Below the pieces are notes generated by a model that did not search any database, was not told the DNA's origin, and saw only the letters and a program-made list of their open reading frames with translations. The position numbers and the translations under genes are program-made. Below, piece by piece: positions 51,697 through 61,849 of a stretch of 64,000 nt of DNA. Every line of letters begins with the position of its first letter. Position 1 is the first letter of the stretch. This stretch comes from Calditrichaceae bacterium (lineage in GTDB: Bacteria > Calditrichota > Calditrichia > Calditrichales > JBFXGD01): positions 64,001 to 128,000 of the forward strand of contig JBFXLE010000005.1 in assembly GCA_050173015.1 (NCBI GenBank), in the 5' to 3' direction.

Positions 51697-52807
51697 TCAC
51701 TATGGCCCCGTTTTGTAAATGTATGTAATTATTACTTTTAAGGCTTGTATCTTTAAATTTGGCCTTAAGGGTGGTAGTAATAAAAGTTTGCCCGATGGTA
51801 TTCGTGAAATCCAGCAGACTGGCAATTCTGTTGTCATCAAGTTCGCCAAAAATATCATCCATTAAAAATACCGGATTTTCTTTTAAGTGTTGTTTTAAAA
51901 ATTCACTTTCGACAAATTTTAACGCGATCAAAAACGTTTTATTTTCTCCCTGAGAACCATAGTATTTTAAAAAATTCCCATCTTTCATAAAATTAAAATC
52001 ATCCCTGTGCGGTCCGACTGAAGTACTTTTTCTCTCAATATCAGCATTCAGATTTTCTGATAAATTATCATGATACTGTTCTTTAAGTTCCGCTTGATCA
52101 GCATTAAGATTTTTACTGATGTTAGAAACGTAACTTCCTGAGATATTTTCATGTGTTTTTGAAATAAACCGGTAATACTCTGTTATTTTTTTATTAATAA
52201 ATTCGATAAATTTTTGCCGTGACAGAATAATCTCAACGCCATTTGCGATAAGCTGTTCATCCCAGGGGAACAGAGCCTTTTTATTTGATTTTCCTTCATT
52301 TATTAAAGTCAGAAGTTTATTGCGATGCTGAAGACTTTTTTTATATTTCTGCAGCGCGTGCAAATATACCGGACTTGTTTGTGACAGCAGTATATCAACA
52401 AATCGACGGCGGTTTGCAGGAACACCATACGTTAATTCCAAATCTTCAAGTGACAATAGAATTGTGGGAACAACACCAATTAATTCCGAGAAGTTTTGTA
52501 ATTTGTTTTCATTCAAAAAAACGTTTTTACCGTCTTTTAATGAAAAAAACAGCCTTATATCAACTTCATTACTTGTATCGGTATTAAATCTACCTTTCAG
52601 ATCGAAATATTCTTTTGACTGCTGCAAAGCAATTTTTTCTGAATTTATTCTAAAACTTCTGGTAATCGCTAGAAAATATATGGCTTCAAGAAGCGATGTT
52701 TTACCCTGACCGTTTTCTCCGTAGATAATATTTATATTTTTATCAAATTCGATCTCTTCATTTGCAATATTACGAAAATTTTTAATTTCTATCTTTTTTA
52801 TATGCAT
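51686..52807 (-). CDS. recF: DNA replication/repair protein RecF
   Basis: NFRN, GENGQGKT, GPHRDD, SQGE, LMDDIFGELD. Confidence 0.96.
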
Positions 52808-52813
52808 TCTAAC

Positions 52814-53926
52814 TTAATTTAGCCTCACGGGCATAATAAGCATAAGAATTTCATCCATTTCATCGCCATTTACGGGATAAACCAAACCAGGACCATCCGC
52901 ATCTTTAACCATGATCTTAATTTCATCCGTATCGAGATGTCGTAAAATATCCATCAGATAATTGGCGTTATAAGCAATTTCAAGTGAATCACTGTTGTAT
53001 TTGCATGGTATTGTCTCATTCGCTTCTCCGCCGAAATCAATATCCTGAGCAAATACAGCCATATTATCTTTATCAATATTTAAACGAACCTGATAAGTAA
53101 TAGGATTTGAAAACAGAGAAACGCGCTTCACCGAAGAAATAAAGCTTTCACGGTCTATAGATAATTCCTTTGAATATTCAGTAGGAATAACTCTTTCATA
53201 GTCCGGATACGGTTCTTTAATTATTCGTGAATAAATTTTTGTATCCGGCAACTCGAACAATACATGGTTTTCGCTGAATACAATCTGCTGGTTTCCGTCT
53301 TCAGGAAGATTCCGCGCCACAAAATTCAATGCCTTGGTCGGAATAATCAGATCCCTCGTAAAATCAAGAGATTCAAAATCTTTGTTAATATATTTAACCA
53401 GACGATGTCCGTCAGTCGCCACCATACGATATTCGTTTTCAAAAATCTGACAATACACACCGGTTAACGCAGGTCTTAAATTATCAGTGGAACAGGCGAA
53501 AAGTGTTTTTTCTATCATTCTCTTAAATTTTTTATTATTCAGACTAATTTTCTGTTCCGATTCCACAAGCGGCACGCTGGGATATTCATTTTTATCCTGT
53601 CCGGATAATTTGTATTCACCCAGAGATGATTTTATTACTATCTTTAAATTTGAATCCACATTAAAATTAAGATCAATCTCCGGCATCTCACGTATAATGT
53701 CCAATAACAATTTTCCCGGAACCGTAATTGATCCTTCTTCTTTTATGGTACACTTTGTCCAGGTGATTTGTGTGATTTCAAGATCAGTAGCAATAATTTT
53801 CAACTCTTCATTTTCTGCAATTATCAGGACATTATAAAGAATATCAACTGTTGATTTTGCAGGGATTACATTAATAACTTTTTGTAAAGATTTAAAAAAT
53901 GAGTTGCGTGAGACAGTAAAATTCAT
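52814..53926 (-). CDS. dnaN: DNA polymerase III beta sliding clamp
   Basis: ATDLEI, RPALTGV, VATDGHRL, YPDYERVIP, LIMPVRL. Confidence 0.98.
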   Translation of the reverse strand: MNFTVSRNSFFKSLQKVINVIPAKSTVDILYNVLIIAENEELKIIATDLEITQITWTKCTIKEEGSITVPGKLLLDIIREMPEIDLNFNVDSNLKIVIKSSLGEYKLSGQDKNEYPSVPLVESEQKISLNNKKFKRMIEKTLFACSTDNLRPALTGVYCQIFENEYRMVATDGHRLVKYINKDFESLDFTRDLIIPTKALNFVARNLPEDGNQQIVFSENHVLFELPDTKIYSRIIKEPYPDYERVIPTEYSKELSIDRESFISSVKRVSLFSNPITYQVRLNIDKDNMAVFAQDIDFGGEANETIPCKYNSDSLEIAYNANYLMDILRHLDTDEIKIMVKDADGPGLVYPVNGDEMDEILMLIMPVRLN

Positions 53927-54448
53927 TTTCCCTCCAAATTAGGCAATTTCAATCCTATCAAAATAACCAAAATTTATAACTATTTCAAGGATTTTTAAGT
54001 AATATAAAGAGATGGCCGACGTGAAATATTTATACTCTAATATTATTGTTTTTATTTAAAATAAATTGAAGATATAGTAATAGATAATGTGAATTTGTGG
54101 ATAAATATCAAAAAGCCGCGTTAGATATGGAAATAAGCGTCATATTAGAGTGTGGATTAAATATAAAATTATTGTGGAATAAAACATTTTTCATATTGAT
54201 GGTGGTGTGGGTAAATATAGACATGTTTATAAAGATTGTTTTTTAAAGAAGTATTCCACAAAATTATCCACAATAAGTTTTATGGCTTAAGTATAATAAA
54301 TTCAATTTGATGTGATGTTAAAAATAAAAAGATATTCACAATTTTTATAAATTTAAGAAAAAAAATATTTTTGTTTATTAATTTGCCTTGCAATATAGTA
54401 TATAGCTATATTAAAATTTGTGAATATTTTGAGACAATTGGAGGATAA
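53927..54448. other. Chromosomal replication origin (oriC)
   Basis: AT-rich, ORF-free; perfect DnaA boxes TGTGGATAA 54096-54104 and TTATCCACA 54264-54272; near-matches at 54088, 54151, 54173, 54206, 54252, 54332; DnaA-trios TAGTAATAG 54075-54083; gene orientation diverges from here. Confidence 0.88.
53960..53988 (-). promoter_or_regulatory. Putative promoter of the dnaN operon
   Basis: TTGAAA-N17-TATTTT. Confidence 0.5.
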
Positions 54449-54607
54449 ATGAAGCGTACATTTCAACCGAGTAATCGTAAAAGAAAAAACAAACATGGGT
54501 TCAGGGAACGCATGAGCAGTAAAAACGGACGCGCCGTTTTAGCCAGTAGAAGAGCAAAAGGCCGTAAGCGTTTAACTGTTAGTGATGAATATAACCAGAC
54601 AGCATAA
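54449..54607 (+). CDS. rpmH: 50S ribosomal protein L34 (not in the ORF track, 52 aa)
   Basis: Manual translation [60 protein letters not shown]. Confidence 0.98.
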   Translation: MKRTFQPSNRKRKNKHGFRERMSSKNGRAVLASRRAKGRKRLTVSDEYNQTA

Positions 54608-54920
54608 AATAACCACTATATCCGGTAGAGACGAAATAAAATTTATTCTAGATAATGGTAAAAAAATTTACACTCGTCTTGGATTAATTTTTCTCTACAA
54701 GGAAGTAGATGAGTCAGAATTTCAAAAAGCAGCCATCCTTCTCAAAAAAAATATAGGATCGGCAGTAAAAAGAAATTATGTTAAAAGAATTATTCGTCAT
54801 TTTTTGAGAGACCATATCACCCTGTTTAAAAATTACAACAGGGTGATATTTCTTTATACATATCGAGGAGATATTGATTATAATTCTCTGAAAGAAATTT
54901 ATGTACGCGCCCTGAGTTAG
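54585..54920 (+). CDS. rnpA: Ribonuclease P protein component (divergent)
   Basis: [18 protein letters not shown]; position between rpmH and yidD. Confidence 0.85.
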   Translation: MNITRQHKITTISGRDEIKFILDNGKKIYTRLGLIFLYKEVDESEFQKAAILLKKNIGSAVKRNYVKRIIRHFLRDHITLFKNYNRVIFLYTYRGDIDYNSLKEIYVRALS

Positions 54921-54921
54921 T

Positions 54922-55137
54922 ATGAAAAAAATACTTTTGCTTTTAATTCGCGGGTATCAAAAAATCATTTCCCCGCTTTTTTCACCTTCGTGCAGGTTTT
55001 ATCCCACTTGTTCAGAATATGCCTATCAGTCAATAGACAGACATGGTTTTTTTAAAGGACTCTGGTATTCAATAATTAGAATTAGTAAGTGTCATCCGTT
55101 TCATCCCGGCGGATTTGATCCTGTGAAAGAAAAATAG
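54922..55137 (+). CDS. yidD: Membrane protein insertion efficiency factor
   Basis: YQKIISP...[10 protein letters not shown]...[15 protein letters not shown]. Confidence 0.97.
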   Translation: MKKILLLLIRGYQKIISPLFSPSCRFYPTCSEYAYQSIDRHGFFKGLWYSIIRISKCHPFHPGGFDPVKEK

Positions 55138-55154
55138 AAGGAATACATTTTATT

Positions 55155-56948
55155 ATGGATAGAAAATCAATTATAGCAATGGTCCTGATCGCGATCATCA
55201 TCGTAACCGTTCCCTATTATCAGAAACTTATTGTAGGTGATCAGCCTGTTGATGAAAAGAAAGAAATTTATCAGACTCAAAAACAGGATTCGGTTACATC
55301 AGTGCCCGTGGCGCAGGATGAAAAAATTGCGGAAAGAGAGACGCCGCCGGTTGAAACAAAGAAGGAACCGGGTGCCATATCTTATACCGATCTGACGATT
55401 GATCAGGATTCCGCTGAAAAAAAGATCGAGATCAATACCGACAAAATAAGAGTCATATTATCAAACCGCGGCGGCGGAAGTCTTGAAAAATTTGTTTTAA
55501 AAAAATACGCCAAGTTTGATACCACACTCGTTAATATGATTGACAATGAAATTCATAATGATTTATATCTCAGTTTTCAATCATTAAATGGTTCATATAT
55601 TGATGTAAAGGATTTGATTTTTTTTAGCAGTTCAGAGATAACAAAAAAAGATCTCCGGGAAGGAGAGTCTTTTAAAATCACTTACTCGCTGAAAATAAAT
55701 AATTCTGAACTGACAAAAACATACATATTCTATGATGATGTCTATCATTTCGATGTAAAAATAAACTTTATCAATCCTGATGAACTTCTTTTGAACAGAC
55801 AGTATGAATTTGGTTGGAAGAATGGATTGCCATCTACAGAATCCTATGAATCAGATGATTACAGTTATAATCAGGTTTACGCGTATATGGCTGAAGACCT
55901 TGAAAGTTATGATGTAACAGAAGCAGGTGAAAAAGAGAGAGTGACATTAACCGGAACTGCTGACTGGCTGGCTATTCGAACAAAATATTTTGTCACAAGC
56001 GTTTCAAATATTAACGCCGATGTTTCAAATGGAATATATTTTTCGGGTATTGGAATTCAAAAAGAAGATTTTGTTCAGCGGTTATATAACACCGGTTTTT
56101 TTATTCAGTATAAAAATGAAACAGGCGGGGATTCAATGCGGGTTTACATGGGCCCCCTGGATGATCATGAACTGAGTAAATATGATAATAATTTAGAAAT
56201 AATGATAATGAATAATGGCTGGTATGAAAGAATGTTCAGATGGATCAGTCTTTTAATACTGCCAATCCTTACGTTTTTATATTCTTTTATTCCGAATTAC
56301 GGTATAGTAATCATTATTTTTTCTATCCTTGTAAAGTTCGCTTTGCATCCGCTCACCAAAAAAAGTTATCAATCCATGAAAGAGATGCAAAAAATTCAGC
56401 CGATTATGGCCGAGTTAAAGGAAAAATACAAAAGCGATCCTCAGCGGATGAACAAGGAGACAATGAAGCTTTACAAAGAACATGGCGTAAATCCATTGGG
56501 CGGTTGTCTTCCTACATTGCTACAGATGCCGCTGTTAATCGCTTTATTCATTGTATTCCGTTCTACAATTCAGCTAAGAGGCGCCATGTTTATTCCGGGC
56601 TGGATTGAGGATCTTTCAAGGACAGATACTTTATTTCATTTACCCTTTTCGCTGCCGATGTACGGCAATGAATTTAACCTGTTGCCTATTCTTATGGCAG
56701 TCACCATGATCTTTCAATCAAAGATGACCATGACTGATCCGAAACAAAAGGCGATGGTTTATATAATGCCGGTATTTATGTTATTAATCTTTAATCGTTT
56801 CCCGGCAGGATTAAATCTCTATTACACCATGTTTAATCTGCTGACGATTATACAGCAAAAATTTATCAGTAAGGGAACAAGTCCGGCGAAGGCTCCCGTC
56901 AAAGTTTCTGTAAAAGAGAAAAAAGCAAACAAGAGCAAGAGGAGATAA
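55155..56948 (+). CDS. yidC: Membrane protein insertase YidC
   Basis: NYGIVII, GVNPLGGCLP.LLQMP, WI.DLS, PAGLNLYY. Confidence 0.97.
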   Translation: MDRKSIIAMVLIAIIIVTVPYYQKLIVGDQPVDEKKEIYQTQKQDSVTSVPVAQDEKIAERETPPVETKKEPGAISYTDLTIDQDSAEKKIEINTDKIRVILSNRGGGSLEKFVLKKYAKFDTTLVNMIDNEIHNDLYLSFQSLNGSYIDVKDLIFFSSSEITKKDLREGESFKITYSLKINNSELTKTYIFYDDVYHFDVKINFINPDELLLNRQYEFGWKNGLPSTESYESDDYSYNQVYAYMAEDLESYDVTEAGEKERVTLTGTADWLAIRTKYFVTSVSNINADVSNGIYFSGIGIQKEDFVQRLYNTGFFIQYKNETGGDSMRVYMGPLDDHELSKYDNNLEIMIMNNGWYERMFRWISLLILPILTFLYSFIPNYGIVIIIFSILVKFALHPLTKKSYQSMKEMQKIQPIMAELKEKYKSDPQRMNKETMKLYKEHGVNPLGGCLPTLLQMPLLIALFIVFRSTIQLRGAMFIPGWIEDLSRTDTLFHLPFSLPMYGNEFNLLPILMAVTMIFQSKMTMTDPKQKAMVYIMPVFMLLIFNRFPAGLNLYYTMFNLLTIIQQKFISKGTSPAKAPVKVSVKEKKANKSKRR

Positions 56949-56974
56949 AAGACGCCTCCGCAGAGAGGTGTCTT
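56949..56974 (+). promoter_or_regulatory. Hairpin covering the mnmE Shine-Dalgarno sequence
   Basis: AAGACGCCTC-CGCAGA-GAGGTGTCTT, no U-tract; GAGGTG lies in the 3' arm. Confidence 0.55.
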
Positions 56975-56977
56975 CGT

Positions 56978-58366
56978 ATGATAAGAGAAGAACAAAATGA
57001 CACCATTATTTCGCTGATCAGCTCATCCGCCGGAGGAAGCGTGGCGATTTTAAGGATCAGCGGAAATAACGCGGTGAGCATAACGGATAAATATTTTCCC
57101 GGCCACGACTTGATAAATTCACCCGGGGGAAGGTTTTATGTTGGTAATTTTCTTGCCGGGTCAAAAGAAATAATTGATCAGGTTGTTGTTTTAGTATATA
57201 AAAAACCCCACTCCTATACCGGCGAAGATGTGGTTGAAATAAATTGCCACGCGAATCCATTTATCATCCGGGAAATAATTGAAGAGTATCTTGCTGACAA
57301 TTGCAGAATGGCGGCTCCGGGAGAGTTTTCAAAAAGGGCTTTTCTGAACGGGAAAATGGATCTGGTTCAGGCCGAAGCTGTAGCCGATCTGATAAACGCT
57401 AAATCAAACGCGATTATTAAAAACTCTCTGCTTCAGCTTAGTGGCCAGCTATCGGGGATCATCCTTAAAATAAAAGATGATTTAATCAGAATTGCTTCAT
57501 TGCTTGAGCTGGATCTCGATTTCAGCGAAGAAGGTCTTGAAATCGTTACATCCGAACAAATACTTGAGATTGTCATCAATGCGGAAAGTAAAATTGATAC
57601 CCTCCTTGCAAGTTATAAAGTTGGCCATGTTCTGACAAAAGGAATCGATGTTCTTATAATAGGTAAACCAAACGTCGGAAAATCCAGCTTGATGAACGCT
57701 TTTCTTAACAAGGACCGGGTTATTGTTTCCAGTATTCCCGGCACTACACGCGACATCATACATGAAGATATTGTCATTAACAATACACTTGTTCGATTTA
57801 TTGATACCGCCGGCATCAGAATTACGGATGATTTTGTGGAGGCTGAAGGGGTTGCGAGAACCAACAAATTTATGGACCTGGCGGATGTGATTATTCTACT
57901 GGTGGATGCATCAGTAGATCTGACGGAAGATGATCTGCGATTAATTGATTCTGTGTCTGTAAAATATCCATCAAAACTGATTATCGCCGCAAACAAAATT
58001 GACAAAGGAATCGATACAAGCTGCGAAGAATATTTAAATCGATTTGAAGGAAACATACAGTACATTTCAGCTAAACTGTACCAGAATATTGATGTTTTAA
58101 AAAACAGTATCACTGAAAAAGTTTTTCTCCTTGAAAATCAAATCAGTGAAGAAGTTTTAATCACAAATGAACGGCAGTTTGAGTCGCTAAGAAAATGCAG
58201 GGCTGCCTTAAAGAACACAAATGATGGATTGATGAAGAGTGTAGGTAATGAATTTATTGCAGTGGATATGCGCGCTGCCGTTGAGCATCTCTCCGAAATA
58301 ACCGGTGAAATTTCCACGAATGATATTTTAAACAACATCTTTTCTCATTTTTGTATCGGCAAATAA
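56978..58366 (+). CDS. mnmE: tRNA modification GTPase MnmE
   Basis: SYTGED, GEFSKRAFLNGK, GKPNVGKSS, GTTRD, DTAG, terminal FCIGK. Confidence 0.98.
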   Translation: MIREEQNDTIISLISSSAGGSVAILRISGNNAVSITDKYFPGHDLINSPGGRFYVGNFLAGSKEIIDQVVVLVYKKPHSYTGEDVVEINCHANPFIIREIIEEYLADNCRMAAPGEFSKRAFLNGKMDLVQAEAVADLINAKSNAIIKNSLLQLSGQLSGIILKIKDDLIRIASLLELDLDFSEEGLEIVTSEQILEIVINAESKIDTLLASYKVGHVLTKGIDVLIIGKPNVGKSSLMNAFLNKDRVIVSSIPGTTRDIIHEDIVINNTLVRFIDTAGIRITDDFVEAEGVARTNKFMDLADVIILLVDASVDLTEDDLRLIDSVSVKYPSKLIIAANKIDKGIDTSCEEYLNRFEGNIQYISAKLYQNIDVLKNSITEKVFLLENQISEEVLITNERQFESLRKCRAALKNTNDGLMKSVGNEFIAVDMRAAVEHLSEITGEISTNDILNNIFSHFCIGK

Positions 58367-58367
58367 A

Positions 58368-58383
58368 CGTTCCACGTGAAACA
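58368..58383. other. parS centromere site
   Basis: CGTTCCACGTGAAACA, near-consensus parS between mnmE and mnmG. Confidence 0.85.
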
Positions 58384-58400
58384 ATTAAAACAGGTAATAC

Positions 58401-60272
58401 ATGAAACAGTTTGATGTCGCGGTAATCGGAGGCGGCCACGCGGGAATTGAGGCGGCCATCGTCTCGGCCAGGCTTGGATTAAAGACCGCGTTGATAACTC
58501 TGGATAAAAACAAAATCGGACTAATGTCCTGTAATCCGGCGATCGGCGGACTGGCAAAGGGTCAGTTGGTTCGTGAGATTGACGCGCTGGGCGGGGTGAT
58601 GGGAAAAATTACGGACGAGTCGGGCATACACTTTAAGATGCTCAACACATCAAAAGGACCCGCGGTTCAGTCACCCAGAGCTCAGGCAGACCGGATTTAC
58701 TATGCGAAAGTAGCGCAAAAATATATTGAAAACACTGAAAACCTGACAGTAATTCAGGATATGGCAACGGGCATAAATGTCAGGGGCGATAAAGTTGATT
58801 CGGTAACATTGAAAAAAAACGGAATCCTTCCGGTTCACGCGGCGGTATTGACCGCCGGCACTTTTTTGAATGGAATTATCCATATCGGGTTGAACCAGCT
58901 GGCGGCAGGGAGGTCGGGGGAGCTACCCGCAGTTGGTATAACGGAGTCGTTAAAATTACTTGGTTTTGAATCGGGTCGGTTAAAAACAGGAACACCACCG
59001 AGAATACATCGTGACAGTATCGATTATTCCAAAATCGAAGTTCAGCTTCCGGATGAATTTCCACAGCCGTTTTCGTTTTCAACCGAAGGTATTTCCCGAA
59101 AACAGATTAACTGTCACATCACATACACCAATCCATCCACCCATGATGAGCTGCGCCGGGGATTTGATTTTTCACCCATGTTTGGCGGCAGAATTCAGGG
59201 CGTTGGTCCGCGGTACTGCCCATCGATAGAAGATAAAATTAATCGATTTGCTGATCGGGAACGGCATCAGCTCTTTCTGGAGCCGGAAGGATACGAAAAT
59301 GATGAAGTGTATTTAAACGGATTCTCTACCAGTCTCCCGGCGGATGTACAAGAAAAAGCCATCCGCACAATCCGGGGACTTGAAAACGCAAAAATTATAA
59401 GACTGGGGTACGCCGTTGAATACGATTTTTTTTCACCCAATCAGTTACAGTTTACCCTGGAAACAAAAATGATAGGAAGCCTCTATTTTGCCGGACAGAT
59501 CAACGGAACATCCGGCTATGAAGAGGCGGCTGCTCAGGGATTTGTCGCGGGAATTAACGCGGCATTAAAATTAAAGGGCCTGGAGCCGTTTGTGTTAAAA
59601 CGGTCTGACGCGTATGTGGGCGTCCTGGTCGATGATTTGATTAATAAAATTCATGAAGAGCCTTATAGAATGTTTACATCGCGCGCGGAATTCAGATTAA
59701 TGTTGAGACATGATAATGCAGATCTGAGACTGATGGAAAAGGGAAGAGCGTTTGGCTTGATCGATGACGGGACGTATGAAAGATATCAAAAACGACAAAC
59801 TCAAATCGAGTATCTTCGCGATAAAGAGCTAAATAAAAAAATTATGCCGGAGACATTTAATTTATCATTTAAAAACATCAGTTCATCCATTTCTCAGGGA
59901 ATCGCTGTAAAGGACATTGTAAAGAGACCGGAGATTACGCTGAGTGAAATTTTAAATTTAGTTTCTGAGAAAAATTATGACCAGTCATCAATTAAAGAAG
60001 TTGAGTTTGGCGTTAAGTATGACGGCTATATTGATCGCCAGAACATGTTAATGGAGAAATTTAAAAAGATAGAGGACAAGAAAATCGCGGAAGATATAAA
60101 TTATGATTTAATCAAGTCACTTTCTACGGAAGCCCGCGAAAAATTGAATAAAATCCGACCGGTTAGTCTGGGGCAGGCATCACGAATATCCGGGGTCAGT
60201 CCCGCCGATCTATCCGTTCTGGTGATATATATTGAAAAATTTAGCATGAGCGGTGTTTCACGTGAAACATAA
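58401..60272 (+). CDS. mnmG: tRNA uridine-5-carboxymethylaminomethyl modification enzyme MnmG/GidA
   Basis: GGGHAG, MSCNPAIGG, RLKTGTPPR, GPRYCPSIEDK, GQINGTSGYEEAAAQG. Confidence 0.98.
   Translation: MKQFDVAVIGGGHAGIEAAIVSARLGLKTALITLDKNKIGLMSCNPAIGGLAKGQLVREIDALGGVMGKITDESGIHFKMLNTSKGPAVQSPRAQADRIYYAKVAQKYIENTENLTVIQDMATGINVRGDKVDSVTLKKNGILPVHAAVLTAGTFLNGIIHIGLNQLAAGRSGELPAVGITESLKLLGFESGRLKTGTPPRIHRDSIDYSKIEVQLPDEFPQPFSFSTEGISRKQINCHITYTNPSTHDELRRGFDFSPMFGGRIQGVGPRYCPSIEDKINRFADRERHQLFLEPEGYENDEVYLNGFSTSLPADVQEKAIRTIRGLENAKIIRLGYAVEYDFFSPNQLQFTLETKMIGSLYFAGQINGTSGYEEAAAQGFVAGINAALKLKGLEPFVLKRSDAYVGVLVDDLINKIHEEPYRMFTSRAEFRLMLRHDNADLRLMEKGRAFGLIDDGTYERYQKRQTQIEYLRDKELNKKIMPETFNLSFKNISSSISQGIAVKDIVKRPEITLSEILNLVSEKNYDQSSIKEVEFGVKYDGYIDRQNMLMEKFKKIEDKKIAEDINYDLIKSLSTEAREKLNKIRPVSLGQASRISGVSPADLSVLVIYIEKFSMSGVSRET
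60254..60269. other. parS centromere site (perfect)
   Basis: TGTTTCACGTGAAACA within the last codons of mnmG (VSRET). Confidence 0.93.
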
Positions 60273-60273
60273 T

Positions 60274-60930
60274 ATGATGCTCCCGGATTTGATTTCATTT
60301 CTAAATGCGCAGGGGATTGTTCTTGATGAGCGGCAGATGTCCCAACTGCGCTTGTATTATGATGAGCTGGCGGGCTGGAGCAGGAAGATGAATCTGGTTT
60401 CAACCGGAGATATTCCGCACATCGTTGAACGGCATTTTCTACCCTCTTTTGCCTATGTCAATCAATTGGCCGGAGATAATATTGGCGCCGGATCCCGGAT
60501 ATTGGATCTGGGCACCGGTTCCGGTTTGCCCGGAATCATACTTTCAATATTTTTTAATGAGCACAGAATCACGTTGCTGGATTCGTCCAGAAAAAAAATA
60601 CTATTTTTAAAAAGTCTGATTAAAAAAATGGAGCTGTCTGCGGATGTTATACTTGGCCGGGCGGAGAGCGCAAGCGAATTGTTCGATGTTGTTGTAGCCA
60701 GGGCAGTAGCAGATATACCGACCTTGATTGATCTCTCTTTGCCGCTTTTGAATCGACCGGGATTTCTTTACACGATGAAAGGAGATGACTACCGGCAGGA
60801 GATAAAGGAGTCCTTGCCGGAAAACGTTTTTCTTACTGAAGTAGAAATTCCTGAAAGCTGGATACGGTTCTCGCCTTACCTTCAGAATAAACTTTTTATA
60901 AAGATTGAGTTCACTGATGTCAAAAGATAA
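60274..60930 (+). CDS. rsmG: 16S rRNA m7G527 methyltransferase
   Basis: W...MNLVS, RH, LDLGTGSGLPG, RAE, ARAVA, MKG; the ORF-track N-terminus MFHVKH is only the translated parS. Confidence 0.93.
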   Translation: MMLPDLISFLNAQGIVLDERQMSQLRLYYDELAGWSRKMNLVSTGDIPHIVERHFLPSFAYVNQLAGDNIGAGSRILDLGTGSGLPGIILSIFFNEHRITLLDSSRKKILFLKSLIKKMELSADVILGRAESASELFDVVVARAVADIPTLIDLSLPLLNRPGFLYTMKGDDYRQEIKESLPENVFLTEVEIPESWIRFSPYLQNKLFIKIEFTDVKR

Positions 60931-61849
60931 AGTCTTTGAGGATTTGTCGGATCTGATAACAGAAGAGCGAAATCCGCGATCTGTAAATATTGATTTGATG
61001 AGCACCGATGAAATCATACGATTGATTAATGATAAAGACAAAGCGGTGGCGGAAGCGGTGAGAATGGAATTACCGAATATTTCCCGCGCGGTCGATTTAA
61101 TTGTAAATGCCTTCCGGACGAAAGGCCGTTTAATTTATGTTGGAGCCGGGACATCGGGAAGACTTGGGATGTATGACGCCGCTGAGTGCCCTCCAACATT
61201 CGGCGTAGATCCTGAAATGGTGACGGCGGTTATCGCCGGAGGTAATGACGCGCTGGTGATGTCGATTGAAGGAGCGGAAGATGATGAAAAGGCGGGGCGG
61301 GAAGATTTAAGACGCGTGCTGCGATCGGATAAAGATGTGGTTTGTGGAATCGCCGCGAGTGCCAGAACGCCTTATGTGAAAGGTGCTCTTGATGAAGCCG
61401 CGGCTGCAGGCGCAAAAAGAATTTTCATCGTTTGTAATCCCATAAATAAAATGAAATTCGATTTTGATGTTGTCATTGGTCCGGTTACCGGTCCGGAAGT
61501 GATTACGGGATCCACAAGAATGAAAGCAGGGTTGGCTCAAAAGATGATTTTAAATATGCTTACAACGGCATCGATGATAAAAATGGGTAAGGTCTACGAA
61601 AATCTGATGGTGGACTTAAAACTGAATTCAAAAAAACTTACAGAACGAGCCAAAAAACTGATCATGACCGCGGCAGACGTTGATTATGAAAAAGCCGCTG
61701 AACTGCTTATCGCCTCAGGCGGGAATGTAAAAACAGCTATATTTATGGCCAAAACAGGGTGTTCGTTCGATGATGCCAGCAATTTTCTGTCCCAAGGTGA
61801 AGGTTTTCTTAGAAAGGTAATCCGGGAGTGGGAATCATCGCAAGCTTAA
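60917..61849 (+). CDS. murQ: N-acetylmuramic acid 6-phosphate etherase
   Basis: TEERNP, GAGTSGRLG, ECPPTFG, GPEVITGSTRMKAG, NLMVD. Confidence 0.96.
   Translation: MSKDKVFEDLSDLITEERNPRSVNIDLMSTDEIIRLINDKDKAVAEAVRMELPNISRAVDLIVNAFRTKGRLIYVGAGTSGRLGMYDAAECPPTFGVDPEMVTAVIAGGNDALVMSIEGAEDDEKAGREDLRRVLRSDKDVVCGIAASARTPYVKGALDEAAAAGAKRIFIVCNPINKMKFDFDVVIGPVTGPEVITGSTRMKAGLAQKMILNMLTTASMIKMGKVYENLMVDLKLNSKKLTERAKKLIMTAADVDYEKAAELLIASGGNVKTAIFMAKTGCSFDDASNFLSQGEGFLRKVIREWESSQA

Noticed and set aside
54418-54440. TTGTGAATATTTTGAGACAA as a Rex site before rpmH
   Set aside because: Spacing and second half do not fit; equally explained as a degenerate DnaA box
54760-54800. RnpA RNR motif reads RNY
   Set aside because: The rest of the motif and the synteny are intact; RnpA is highly variable, so this is not evidence of a pseudogene
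60253-60273. rsmG start at 60253 (MFHVKH)
   Set aside because: A known artefact of translating a parS palindrome; ATG 60274 or 60277 is more plausible
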